The translations under genes and the position numbers were made by a program. DNA of 64,000 nucleotides from Yuukianura sp. NJ FZ-2021 (taxonomy: Eukaryota): NCBI GenBank assembly GCA_046563655.1, contig CM102290.1, positions 5,518,001 to 5,582,000 on the forward strand. Direction: 5' to 3'. The notes beneath the pieces are model-generated. The model was not told the origin of the DNA. It was given only the letters and a program-made list of their open reading frames with translations, and searched no databases. How positions within the stretch are numbered: position 1 is the stretch's first letter; the number at the start of each line of letters is the position of its first letter. Positions 39,383-52,300 of the stretch are shown here, one piece after another.

Positions 39383-40222
39383 TGGAATTTTAAAAAATTC
39401 AGCTGAAATTCAACTTTTGGATATATTTGCCTTGCCGACGATTTACGTTACGTAAATCGTAATTGACGATTACGATTTACTCTACCGTCTTGAAATGTTT
39501 GTCTCGTGAAAAATTGACCTGTTCTCTAACTTTTTGACGTGACCAAATTTTAAAAAATTCACTTGTACACTTACTTTTTGAGGATTTGGAATTTTGAAAA
39601 ATTCACCTGAAATTCAACTTTTGGATATATTTGCCTTGCCGAGGATTCACGCGTAACTCTACCGTCTTGAAATGTTAGTCTCGTGAAAAATTGACCTGTT
39701 CTCTAACTTTTTGACGTGACCAAATTTTTAAAAATTCACTTGTACACTTACTTTTTGAGGATTTGGAATTTTGAAAAATTCACCTGAAATTCAACTTTTG
39801 GATATATTTGCCTTGCCGAGGATTCACGCGTAACTCTACCGTCTTGAAATGTTGGTCTCGTGAAAAATTGACCTGTTCTCTAACTTTTTGACGTGACCAA
39901 ATTTTTAAAAATTCACTTGTACACTTACTGTTTGAGGATTTGGAATTTTGAAAAATTCAGCTGAAATTCAACTTTTGGATATATTCGCCTTGCCGAGGAT
40001 TCACGCGTAACTCTACCGTCTTGAAATGTTGGTCTCGTGAAAAATTGACCTGTTCTCTAACTTTTTGACGTGACCAAATTTTTAAAAATTCACTTGTACA
40101 CTTACTTTTTGAGGATTTGGAATTTTGAAAAATTCAGCTGAAATTGAACTTTTGGATGTATTTGGCTTGCCGAGGATTCACGCGTACTCTACCGTCTTGC
40201 AAGCTTTTGGTCTCGTGAAAAA
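39383..40222. repeat. 177-bp tandem repeat, ~4.6 copies
   Basis: AATT(C/G)AACTTTTGG at 39407, 39611, 39788, 39965 and 40142. Period is 177, with the first unit 27 bp longer. Confidence 0.95.
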
Positions 40223-40625
40223 TTCTCCGCAAGCTTCTCGTCACAAAAATTTTTGACAAAATGTAACTTTTACGTTTACTTTTCGAGGAATTCTAACTTG
40301 GGAAAATTCAGCTGTCGTAAAATCTTAAAAGTGAATTATAATTTGCAATTTGCAATTTGCAAAACTCGGTAGTATTTCGCAAAAAAAAAACTACTTTGCC
40401 ACTTGCAATTGCCATTACTTCGTCATCTGTTTTGTGTCTGTCCAGATCACTTTTTTCTCATCTTCGTCATCTGTGTACCTCTCTTTTCTAATAAGTCTGC
40501 TGTCAATCAAGAATGGTTTATGTTTAACGTTTTCCGGATACCATCTGACTACTGTCAATTGATCGTTGAATTAGCTACAGGCTGCATATAATTCACACTC
40601 TCTGGGTCAAGGTCATCCAGGAACA

Positions 40626-41872
40626 ATGGAGGACATGGAAGTAAAAATTGATGAGCTCGAGGGCGACATTGCTTCTCCGCCAGACAACAAGACTTCTTCT
40701 GGAACAGACAACATATCCGGTGCTTACGATACTCTAGACGAACCAGTTCTTACTAGTATTGTAAGTTAATCCACAACTATTTTAGTCAACTAATTACCGA
40801 TTGTCATTCGTTTTACCAACGTTTTTTTCTTTATAAACAGACAAGGGATCTAAAAGCAGTCGGACAGAAACTCACTTTCGTAGCGTTCCCGAAGAGCAAT
40901 AACACTCTCATCAGAGACTGTAAGACAACTGTTATTTTAAGTAATTCACTTTCGATTAATAATAATTGACTAAACTTTTAATTTTTGCAGGGGATTTATG
41001 GGGTCCACTTTTCCTGTGCATCTATATCGGGTTGTAAGTTATAAGTTATTACTTTTTGTTTTTTCATAACTTGAGTAAATGATTTTGTGTTATTTTGATG
41101 TGAAGGATTCTGCAAGGAATGGCCCATACCGAAACGTACCGATTCAATACCGTGTTCCTGGTCATGTGGACAGGGACGTTGGCTGTCACTTACAACGCCG
41201 TATTTGTACAAAAAGCAAATATGTGAGTAAACCTCAATTAGTTAGTTAAGCGAAGTTCGACACAAAGTTAAGTCGGATTGATTCTAAAACAGCATCGTTA
41301 TCCTTTTACAGATCCGTATTTCAAGCCATCTGTGTCATAGGTTACTGCTTGGCTCCACAGGCTGCGACTGTTACTGTATTTGGCTTCATGAATCTAATCG
41401 GTATTGAACATACTATTCTGCGCTACCTGCTTCTGCTAGCCTCCGTATGCTGGTCATCCTACGGTAAGTATATTTAAATCAACAACTATTTTAATTTAGT
41501 CAGTTCTGCGTTGCAAAACATTGAGGTAATAATATCCTCAGTATTTTGCAATGGAAATGGAGCAACTGTACCATGTTGACGAAAACACTCTATTTTTGTT
41601 TTTGTGAGACGATTGAAGTAGTCATTGGCTCCGACTTAAGGCTAGGCTTGAAAGTGGTGACTAAGTTAACTACGCAGTAGATTTGCTGAAATTAATAGCT
41701 TATTGTTGTGTAATAATGTGAGTTGATTATGTTTTTATGATTTGCAGCTAGTTATAATCTGCTCCGTGCCTGTACTGAGGAAGACAAGAAAGTGGTTGTG
41801 CTTGGTCCCGTGGCTCTCTTCTACACAACTATGGGACTCCTCATGGCTTTGTACGTCAACTCAGACTCCTGA
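40626..41872 (+). CDS. YIPF6: Yip1-domain Golgi membrane protein YIPF6-like, 6 exons
   Basis: Exons start at 40626, 40841, 40991, ~41107, 41312 and ~41748, joined by GT-AG in frame: YDTLDEPVLTSI|TRDLKAVGQKL..FP..LIRD|WDLWGPLFLC...ISVFQAICVIGYCLAP...PVALFY, TGA at 41870-41872. Every exon is too short for the ORF track. Confidence 0.88.
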
Positions 41873-44561
41873 GCCCACCGATCATTAGCCCTCCACTCCT
41901 GGAGACTGAAACTGATGAAAAACTGATGAAACTGATGCTAAACAATTCCAATTCTACAAGTTGAGTCGAATGACGAAAGTCGAGTGTACGCACCAAGAAG
42001 TCTCCTGTTCTAATTCAACGTGCTTAAATTATGTGTCACGGTTATGCAATTAATTGTTTTATTATTAAAATGATACACTGGTTTTTTGATACCGTCCGCA
42101 GGAAATGGCAGTGTCACGAGATTATCATTTCTCAGGCCGTGAATGTCGCAAGAGGTGGCGAGTCGTCATTGCGACAACGACCTTAGTCCAGCGTCCATGG
42201 ATCCATCGCAGTTTGGCTTCGGCTCGTGTCACCGACGACGCAGTAGTTGTTTTGTTGACTTTGGAGAAAAAGTGCGTCAGTAACAGCAGTATTTGTGTTT
42301 AGAATGTTGTAATTCCTGCTTATTTTTAGCGTTCCAGAAGGGATTTAGCAAAATCTCTCCAAACATTGGAGGATACGGCCTTCTTTTGGGATTTGGCATG
42401 TGTTGTTATATCGGTGGGAACCAGTTGACGCAAGCCAGAGTCTGAACACATATTTGTGTGTCCAGTGTCAACGGTAGGAGGTTGTCCCGGTCTATTGTTG
42501 TTTTGGACATCCCAGGACAAGAGAAGAGATTAGAAGATGATCAATGGAAAAGTACAGGCAGACGACTTGGTATCTTGAGAGTAAATACCAAAACAGAGAT
42601 TGCTACTCGACGTCTGTCCTCGTGTCATGTCCTTACAATTTCTTGCAAAGGTCATTCCGCATTTTTGAGTCATCTGACCATTATTCCAACCATCCAATGA
42701 TTAACGTTAAGTTTTCATTAACTTAAACGTTGTTAAATTCAACGGAACAGTTCAAGTCTTTGAGTTATTCTAAGCCGCCGGCGTTTATGTAATCCAGATA
42801 ACAGAATCTTCAGCAATTAAAAAGCAGAGATTAAGTTTCACATTGGCAAAAAGTTGCCTATTTGCAAAAAAAAAGTTTGCAAAAAGTTGGATTGGCATTG
42901 GAAATTGTTGGCGCATGGCTTAAAAGAGGAAGTGAGATTGTGTAATTTTACGCATATGGAGTCATACGGAAGGACTCAGCTGTAAAAAGTAGGCAACTTT
43001 CAATTCAATTCATTTAGGAAGTGCAACATTCTTGGACTCGGTAGCTTATCGATCATCGTCCAGTATCCAGCTGGACGTTAATTAGTTGTTAACACGTCAC
43101 AGATTACCAAGTAGGTCGCACATTTACCAAACTCAATTAATCCCTGACTCTTCCTCATTCGGATTAATCTGGTAGTCATCTTTTTGCCAAATTCGCATCA
43201 TCTGGAGGCACTGGATACGAAGATTCGTTAAGATAACAAAACAACTATCGTAAGATATAAAAATACTAAGTTGAGTGGTTAGATATCTAATTGTAATTTT
43301 GATTTATCTAGGGATAAAAGTGAGAGATAAGGATAAAGAAGTTACGTTTGACCGTGAGTGATCTCTGGAATCTGGCTCTGGATAAATTGACTAAAATACT
43401 ACTGGTCGTTTCTGGAAATGGAGAGAGAGGTAATAAAGTAATAAGTTGCGATTAGTAATTGGATGAGGGCGGATATTTTAGTAGTGGTGTGACTGGAGAA
43501 AGTTGTTTCTAAGGATAAAGTTACCATTACCTCATCACTCTTTCAGTTTATTAGGCAGTGGACAGTTTTTATGTCATGACGCAACGTTCAGAAGTTGCCA
43601 CTCGGTAATCCTTGTATCAAGTGTCAAGAGGACTAAACAGCAATGAAGCAGTCAGAATTATAATTGGGCACTACTCAATTCAAGTCCAAGTGAGTAATGG
43701 GACGAACAATGAACATTTTCATGTCTTATCAAATTGACCAAATAGTCTATGAATACTATGACATTGACTATTTGACGATAGAGACGAATGTGACCATCAT
43801 TTGCTTAGACATGTCTTTACTCTCTGGATTCTGGAGGAGAACATCACTGCATGTCCATTGGTCTCTCTGTCTGGCCTCATATAACCAATTCATCTGTCAC
43901 ACATCTTATCCCATTCTGCATTTTAACTTTGTCCAGTACGGTCAATCTCTCGTTCGTTTCTCATGTTAACGCCAATAGCCAATTGTTTTTCAAGTTTAGT
44001 TCACAGTCATATCCAAAATAGAGTCCAACTACGGTAACTCATTAAGCTCATCAGTGACAGACAGTATTCGTGACGCTGCCAATTACTAATCGCAAAGTTT
44101 TCTTAATGTTTTGAAATGATAAGAGTGATACGCAGTAATAATTAGGTTAGTGGAATTGTACAGCGATTCATTTGATATTTGTGAAGGTTTGACCTCGGAA
44201 GGAGCTGAATGACCAATTCCAAAACGGAAACGACAAGGACATTCCTGCTTGGCTTGACTCAAGGACTGACAACAGTTCTCACCATTGACGACATCTCCGG
44301 CGACTGGTGACATCTCTGGCGACTGGTGACATCTCTGACGACAACCTTTGGAACACTCTAAACATATCCACACAATACTGTCCAATGATGAGTAATAAGC
44401 GACGAGAAGAGTCTGAACCGCTGCTACTTCAAGACTCCAGTGGATCTCACGATCTCTCGTAAGTTCAAAAACTAAATGCAAATCGTTTAAACTAATTAAT
44501 TTGTTGTGCTTTAGGCTCAGCTAAATCAGTATGCTTGTGGTACCGTAGTTGTTAAACCATA

Positions 44562-47535
44562 ATGGGACACAGTGGAGTTTATCAAAAAGTTAATTTGTCA
44601 ACTAATTGGTTAGTCCCATTCCACCCGCTTCTACATTCTCCTGTCATATCATGTCTCCTTTGTTCAGTCATTGTTCAGTCACTGCCTCACAACCGTCTTC
44701 CTCTTGCTCATCCTTCCAATTTGTTCCTCCGACTTTTCCATTAGTGTCACCGTGTACTTCCCAACTGCAACAACGACTTCCTCAACGCAATCACATTACT
44801 CCAAAGTTACTTTGGAGTGCCACGGCTTATTCGCTTGTCGCTTCAACTTTCTATTTTTACGGAAATCTAATCTGGAATCATGACTATTTGCCCCACTGCT
44901 AGACATGGATCTCAGGATTCGGAAAGTAGCGAGAGCAATCTGTACGCTCAGAAGGGGCAAGTGACACGAGCTATGAAGCCACCCACAATGATTTCCATGA
45001 AGAAACCCATTGGAGAAAACGACTACTCGCTGACAGGCGAACACTACGACCCGCATTCCGAGAGAGACGTTATGCATCCGACGTCGTAAGTTAATCACTT
45101 ATGTACTTATGTCGATCCCGCCAAAACAATAAGCGCCAATTCAACAAGTTGGCAACAATGCACCTACAGTAGTAAAGAAACCCACCCTGTAAAAAAAAGT
45201 TTCACCCCAATGAGATTCCAATTTGCGGAATTGGCGTTTATTGGTTTGGCGAGAATCAGCTGATACGGTTTTGTCAAATTATGATTGACTGTATTTGTTT
45301 ACATGTTTGATTGTGGCCCTAACGGAAGTATGGAATTTGAATGAGTCACATGTGGATTGGATTACAACGGAAATGATATAAGCTAGGTAGTGACGTTGAA
45401 GTTGAACTATGTGAGGTCGCTGAATTCTTAACTAGGTCGTTGTCTCTCAGTCTTTTTCCAGAACATATTAGCATTGTGGTTGTTGTTGTCATGTGCCGAT
45501 TATGGGTCGATCTGTATCTTATGTACTCTGCTGAATTTCAAATTATGGAAATGTTACCGTCGTCAGGTTCATCTTGAACTGGTGGAATTTTAAAGTTGAC
45601 ATTTGACCTCTTTTTCAGAAACTGCGACACGATGATTCATCTTCTCAAAGGAAACATTGGAACGGGGATTCTGGCTATGCCTGATGCCTTCAAAAATTCT
45701 GGGTTGGCCATTGGCACACTGGCAACCGTCTTCATCGGAATTGTTTGTGTCCATACAATGCACATGCTCGTACGTCCTCAACTCAACAATGAATTAGTCA
45801 ACTAATTGATGTGGATTGGGTATTGGTTCTTGACGTTTATTGGTTTATTTTCAGGTCGACTGCTCTCATCAGCTATGTCGCCGAACACAAGTTCCGAGTC
45901 TAAGTTTTGCTGAAGTGGCTGAGAATTCGTTTCGTGTTGGACCACCCAAACTTAGAAGATTTGCGTACTTTGCCAGGTAACAATCTCATCATCATCTGAA
46001 TCAATTGCGAAATTAAAACGATTTTTGATTTTTGACAGGATCATGATCAATGTATTTCTGTGCGTGACCCAGCTAGGCTTCTGTTGTGTTTACTTTGTCT
46101 TTGTTGCAACAAATCTTCGGCAGGTGAGTTGATAAGTTTAGTCAATCCTCATGCTCTGTTTATGTTCATGCTTCAAGGTCAAAGGTCAAGTTGAAAGTTT
46201 GTTTTGTGTAGGTTTTGAATCCGCACTTGGGCGTGACCCTGAGTGTCCAAACCTACATGGCTTTGCTGCTGCTGCCGATGATTTTCCTCAACTGGGTTCG
46301 AAATCTCAAGTATTTGGCGCCCTTTTCCATGGTTGCAAATATCTGCATGGCCATTGGACTAGGAATCATTGGTTTCTACGTTTTCCAAGAATTGCCGCCA
46401 ATCAATCGACCTGATGTCGCAGTGGGATTCACGAGCTGGAAGCAGCTTCCGCTCTTCTTTGGAACAGCCATCTATGCCTTTGAGGGTATTGGAATGGTAA
46501 GAACTTAATTAATTAACTTAACGAGTAATCTCAACTAATTGTCTCTTGAACATGTTCAGATTTTGCCGCTGGAGAATAACATGAAGACTCCACAAGATTT
46601 TCGTGGGTGGAACGGCGTGCTGAACACGAGCATGATCATCGTTGGATGTCTGTATACTGCTGTCGGGTTCTTTGGATACATCAAGTACGGAAACAGTGTT
46701 GAAGGAAGCATCACTCTCAACTTACCATCCGGAGATTTGTAAGTTTTCTAAGTTTCTAAGTTTCTATTCGTAAGTTTCTAAATAATTTCGTAAATAATTA
46801 ATTAAGTTGATTTAAATGCTAACAGATTGGCTCAGTCTGTGCAACTCGTGATGGCCCTCTCAATTTTCCTGTCGTATGCTCTGCAGTTTTATGTTCCAGT
46901 GGACATTGCTTGGCCGTACTTGAGGACGCAAATTCCTACTCAGAAAATGCAACTGTTTGCAGAGTACACTTTCCGTACTGTGCTCGTGGTCATCACTTGT
47001 AAGTTTCAAACAGAGCATAACGTTTGCGAGGTTCAGGCAAAGAATTACAGTGCAAAAAAAAAAAAAGATTAAGAACCAAGTGTAACTCGAACCCACGTCT
47101 CTTCACTCCTGGAAGAGCTCTAACCATTGAGCTATCAGGCTCCACTCACAAAATGGAGTTTGAAGGCTACTGGCACTGTCATTCCTTGGCGGTTTGGCAA
47201 TGAGACTGTTGCTAAATCCACATGTTAATTGATTAATCGATTTTTTTTTTCAGTTGATTAATGGATTATTTTGTGTTTTAGTTTTGTTGGCGGTGCTAAT
47301 TCCGGACTTGGGTCTGTTCATCTCCTTTGTTGGTGCTGTGAGCAGTTCTACTCTGGCTATAATTTTTCCACCAATCATCAACATGCTAGTCAACTACGAG
47401 GGGGGTTATGGACGCCTCAACTGGGTTCTCATCAAAGACATTTCCGTGATGCTCTTTGGCATTTTGGGCTTTTTGACCGGAACGTACGTCACGATGGAAC
47501 AAATTCTCTACGGCCCCACCAAATCCGAACTTTGA
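44562..47535 (+). CDS. Proton-coupled amino acid transporter (SLC36/PAT, pathetic-like); first exon uncertain
   Basis: [132 protein letters not shown]. Candidate starts are 44562, 44880 or ~44972. Confidence 0.92.
47054..47143 (-). mobile_element. tRNA-derived SINE, copy 3, in the last SLC36 intron
   Basis: Minus strand GGAGCCTGATAGCTCAATGGTTAGAGCTC...GTGGGTTCGAGTTACACT...poly(T). Confidence 0.7.
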
Positions 47536-49335
47536 TTCCGAAATCCCGAAAATTCTTAACTTATTTCTGCAAATTACTCCAGCTAAGTACGCTACCACTT
47601 TTTTTAGTAGCCTAACTTTTTATGCTTCAAATGTTTGGAGACGACGCTTAAACTTCACTAACCGCCAAATTCAAAATCGTACGTCCGTCAGAGGCGGGTT
47701 CTTTTCGTATTATGATTTTTAACAACTTGAGTCCAAAGTGTTGCAACGCCTATCAGGTTTAACGTAACAATTGTTTATGTTTACAATTACATTAACTTTA
47801 ACTTTAAATAATTTACATTTCATATTATTTTAGACAAAATTGAGTCTGTGATTTTTATACGATAATTCACTTTAGTTTCCACAATTGACTCAATCGAACG
47901 AGTATTTTGGATGGATGGGGTGTTCTTAAAATTTTGAAAAATTTACGAAATGGAATTTGACTAAAAATGTGTAGGTTTTGTGTTAAAAGGAGAAGGTAGA
48001 TTCGAGTAATTTTATTTTTTAGTTTTTTTTTTTTCGAAAAGTAGCTTTACATTCCACAGTACCAAAGTATCTTATGTGAGGAACGATTTTGAAAAATGAG
48101 TGGTATTTTGAAAATTTAAGTTGTTTCAATTTTCGAAAGAGATTTTGAGAGTATATTGCAACTACTATGATTCTGTGTCTGTGATTTAAAGTAAGTCTTG
48201 AGGTCAAAGTACACAGCTTTCTTTTTTTAAAGAAATTTTTTTTTGAAAAATTTTTTCTTTCAAATTCTGGATGTGTTCTGCAGAAATCAAAAGTAATGGA
48301 ATTTTGGAGGCATAGAGTGTAGTAAGAGTTCCTGTTTTTGAAACCAGTTAAAAACTTACTTTTTTTTTGAGAAAATGTAAAATTTTGAGTTTTAAGTTAG
48401 GTTAGTCACTTAATCTAAATGTGCATGATACAGTATGTTTGCTGCGCCTTCCCATCGAGTATGTTCCATTCATCTTTCAAATTGAGATTTAAAATCTATC
48501 ATATGTGTCAAACATTTCTTCAAAATCTACTATGTCATTTCGGAAAATAAAAAAAAACTTAAACAACTGAATTTTCAAAATTTTAATTTTGGTTAGGAAA
48601 AGCTAACCTAAGAAAAAGGTTGAGATTATTTTTATTTTATAATATACAAAACGATAACATTTACAAATTCTCACTTTTTCCATTAATCAAAATCCCATCA
48701 CTCGACATTTGACTAGGCAGCTAACTGATGTTCTACAAAACTTTCTCAAATTTTTTGAAAAAAAAAGTTAGTTATTTTAAAAAGTTTTTTGTTTAAATAT
48801 TACTTTGCAGCTAGTTATCACGTATACAGCAAAAGCACAATTTTTTCTAATTTTTTTTTCGATAAATTTTTTCTGAAATAAATATAACGGATTTTTATAA
48901 CACTTCAAAATGAGCGCTTTTTACACAATTTTTTACAATTTAAAAAACAGTTTCTGCAGTGCCACTTTCAAAAACTTTCAGCTTGGAAACATTAGAAAAC
49001 AACTTCAGGCATGTCGGCATGTGTGACATGTGGCATGCCATACAGTATGCCACATGTAGAGTAAAAACTAAAGTTAGCCTAACAATTTAACTGTAGAGTT
49101 AACCTAATTATTTAAGTCTAACATGGTTGAGAGGTGAGATGCAATGTACGAACAAGTGTACTTCAAAGGTAAGTTTTTAGATTCGCAGGCATTTCCAAGG
49201 TTCGTAAACAAACAAATCTTCACCAGGTTGACCAATACCTCGGGTTTTTTGCCAAAGTTAGTGGAAAACCTGTCGTAGGAAATACAATTTGTTGTATTTC
49301 GGTTGTCAAGGAACCTTGGGCATTTCTGCTCATGC

Positions 49336-52300
49336 TCAGAAGAGCCAGTGAAACAAAAACTTGGGATAGGCTGCTGCGAAGGCAAATCGTTGCGGAACTT
49401 TTCTCTCTTGGAATCGGAAGTCGTAGAATCGGTTGTCATGGGAACTTGGAAATTTTGTTGTTAGGGACGACAGGTCATTGGAGTGGAGTTGACTAAAAAT
49501 GGAGTCGGAGTCTGCGTAGTAGCTAAAGTACTTTGGGTCGCTTATGATAGACACTGTATCGTCAACTTCGTTTTCAAAGTCAGATTCGGTTCGGTCCGAA
49601 ACGGGTTCCGGTTCGGCTTCGGCCGATTCCTGAGCAAGTTCCGAATTTTCCGAGTTCTGCGCATGCTCAGAACTGTCCTTGGACTCTTCATTTTCTGGAC
49701 AAACTGGCTCTGGACAGCAAGCGGGGTATGGCAGAGTCAAGTCTTCTGTGACGTAACAAGGTGGATCAGCACTCACCACTCCACAACTGCAAGTAAAAAA
49801 AAGTTAACTTTAAAGTTAATTGTCAATTAAAATGTTAAGTTTTTAAGACCAACTATAAAGTTATTCTAAGAACTGTTTATTGTTTATGCCTTTTTCACAC
49901 TATCATTAGTCACTTTCTCCCCTTATGCAATTGCGCAGTTAAAAATTTAATTTTAACTTTTTTGCATCTCATCACTGTTCCTCAACTTCGCACATTTTTT
50001 TAAGTGTTTTTACTTTTTACGACCTTCTGACCTTCTTACAACAAAAAAAATTTAAAAAAACCGTAAAAAGTCATAAAGGTTAAAAAGTTTTAACAAGTGT
50101 GAAAACCACTTTAGCAGCAAATAAAATCATAAACAATTTTCCACTTTTAACTTAAAAAATCAAGTGTAAAAATGCTTAATTTAGTTTATAATTTCACTCT
50201 TTTGTTCTAACTTATCTTCTTCCGTGGTTATTATTAGTTTTTTGACTTATGTTAGGAAAATGTTAAGTGTGGTTTTTAATGAAAATGGGTAGGAAATGAG
50301 GAAATGTTAGGTTAATGTTTGTTTGTTAGTCGTTTTCACTTTGTGCCCCCAAGTGTCTGACTCTGTGCCAAAAGCAACAAGTCATAAGTCACACAACGCT
50401 CTTCCTTTTCCAATTCTAAACAAACATAAATCACAGCAAGGAAGGAAATGGTAATAAAATAATTTATAAAATAAAATATAAAGAAAATTAATGAATTAAT
50501 ATATTAATTATTATAATAGCGAATCTATTATTTTGTGTTGACTTTGACCCGGGGCGCCTTGAGACATGTGAACACCAACTTTTACAATACGCGTCTTATG
50601 GTTATGGACGTACAAAAAAGCTATCACTGTTTTTTTTTTGGAAAAAGTAAGTTTTGCGGAAAAGAAGATTTTTGGTGAACAAGGTCACTAAAAGTTGGTT
50701 TTGTGGAAAATGTTGTACATATTTTAGCAAAACTAAAAGACTTGAAAGCTACAGCGGGAATTGGTCCATTTTGAGTCAAAATTTTGACACTGATTTGAAA
50801 TTTGAGCGCCGCAAGGTAGGATTTGACACGCTTCAGTTCCGCAGCCTCTAATTATGTTGTCAAGATCAGTTGGAGAAGAAATGCTGCGGAAGTTTTTCGA
50901 AATGTGCTGGATTTAATATTCACTTTATGTTAACTTTCAACATTTCTGGAAGGACACAATGTACCTAGCGGCAAGGACTCAAACAAAAATGGCGCCAAAC
51001 ACAAATTTACAAAAAAAAATCAAGTTTTGGCCCAAGCGAAGCGGAACAAATTAAATTGAAATTATGGAAAACAGATCCATTGAACTAGAAATTTGGAAAG
51101 TAACATTTTTTTTTGGCAAATTGAAATGTGAAAAAAATTTAAATTTGAAAGATGAGGAAGATGCGTGTGGAAGTTGACGACGCATGGGCAGATGACTTCG
51201 TTGGACAGACAGTGACAAATTGTTTCATTTCCGAATGAAACAAACGCACAAGGTTGCAAATTTGCACAAAATGGAACTTCGTCCTCCTCAAATTGCTAAA
51301 ATTTTCAACCTAGCGTGTTATTAGTGTCATCCATCATCATCTAATTTCTTACCAAAATTCAACAAATTGCTCCATTCTTTTTAACTTTTTTTTTTGCAAG
51401 AGTCCGGAACTAAAAAGATTCCCAATTTGTGACTCGAATTTAGCCCTCAAATTGCGAAAAAATTTGCAAAAATTATCCTTGAGGAAACCCTAATGGACAT
51501 GGAACTTGTTTTTGAACAAATTTGTATTTTGAGCAGGAGACATAAAATGAAAACTAAAATTTGTGAATTTTCAAAAAGTTGCAGAAATTTTGAAAAGTAA
51601 GACAAAAAACAATGGAAGTGGCCTTGACCTTTGCCCTTAAGCCAATGCTCTACGTGCCTTAAAATCTGTTCATCTGTTGACACTTTTCCAAAAATTTATG
51701 TTCGTACCTTGTTTTGGCAAGTTGCCAATTTTGAAAATTTTGCAAAAAAAATAATGTTGGCGCCACTTAATTTGCAACATAAACGTTAACCTTATGTATA
51801 TTTAAGTGTAACCGGCATGGAATGGGCGTAATGACCAGGTAAAACCACATTCTTCTGCCAACTAAAAGTTGTAAAGTGGAAATGATCAAAAGTTGCAAAG
51901 AAAAAATCGGATTTGCAAAAACAAAATTCAAATTTTTAATTTTTTAACAAAAGTTGTTACGTTTGCGTCAGTCGTTACTTTTTTTTGGCAAATCTAGAAT
52001 ATTTTGCTAGATTTGTGGCGAAGTAGTGACTTTGTATGCAAAAAAAAATTGAAAGTTGGGTGTTTTTGAGCCAATTTTTGTAAATGCTCAAGCTCATGAT
52101 GGCTCATGCGCAGTAAAGTTCACTTTTTACTAGGAACTTGCTCGGAAGATGTCCAACTTTTCAAGATCACGAAAACATGTATTCTCACACCTCCATCAAG
52201 AATCGATCTTCCCAAAAATTTGTCAACTCCAAATCGAAAGTAAAAATTCAATGGCGCTTAATAGGAAATTGCAAATTGCCAAACTGGAATTTTGCCCAAA

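Noticed and set aside
44290..44345. 19-bp triplication (and the ~47-bp duplication at ~9265-9356)
   Set aside because: Ordinary slippage duplications with no further structure.
48045..48056. A miR-1 gene on the minus strand
   Set aside because: Only 12 nt match and there is no precursor hairpin. It is better read as a target site.
49007..49058. CATG cluster as a p53 response element
   Set aside because: Spacing is 7-9 nt rather than 10 and the half-site flanks do not fit.
49395..49440. RFamide neuropeptides in the SVWC tail (NRFYDFRFQERK)
   Set aside because: No amidation Gly after RF and no repeated cleavage pattern.
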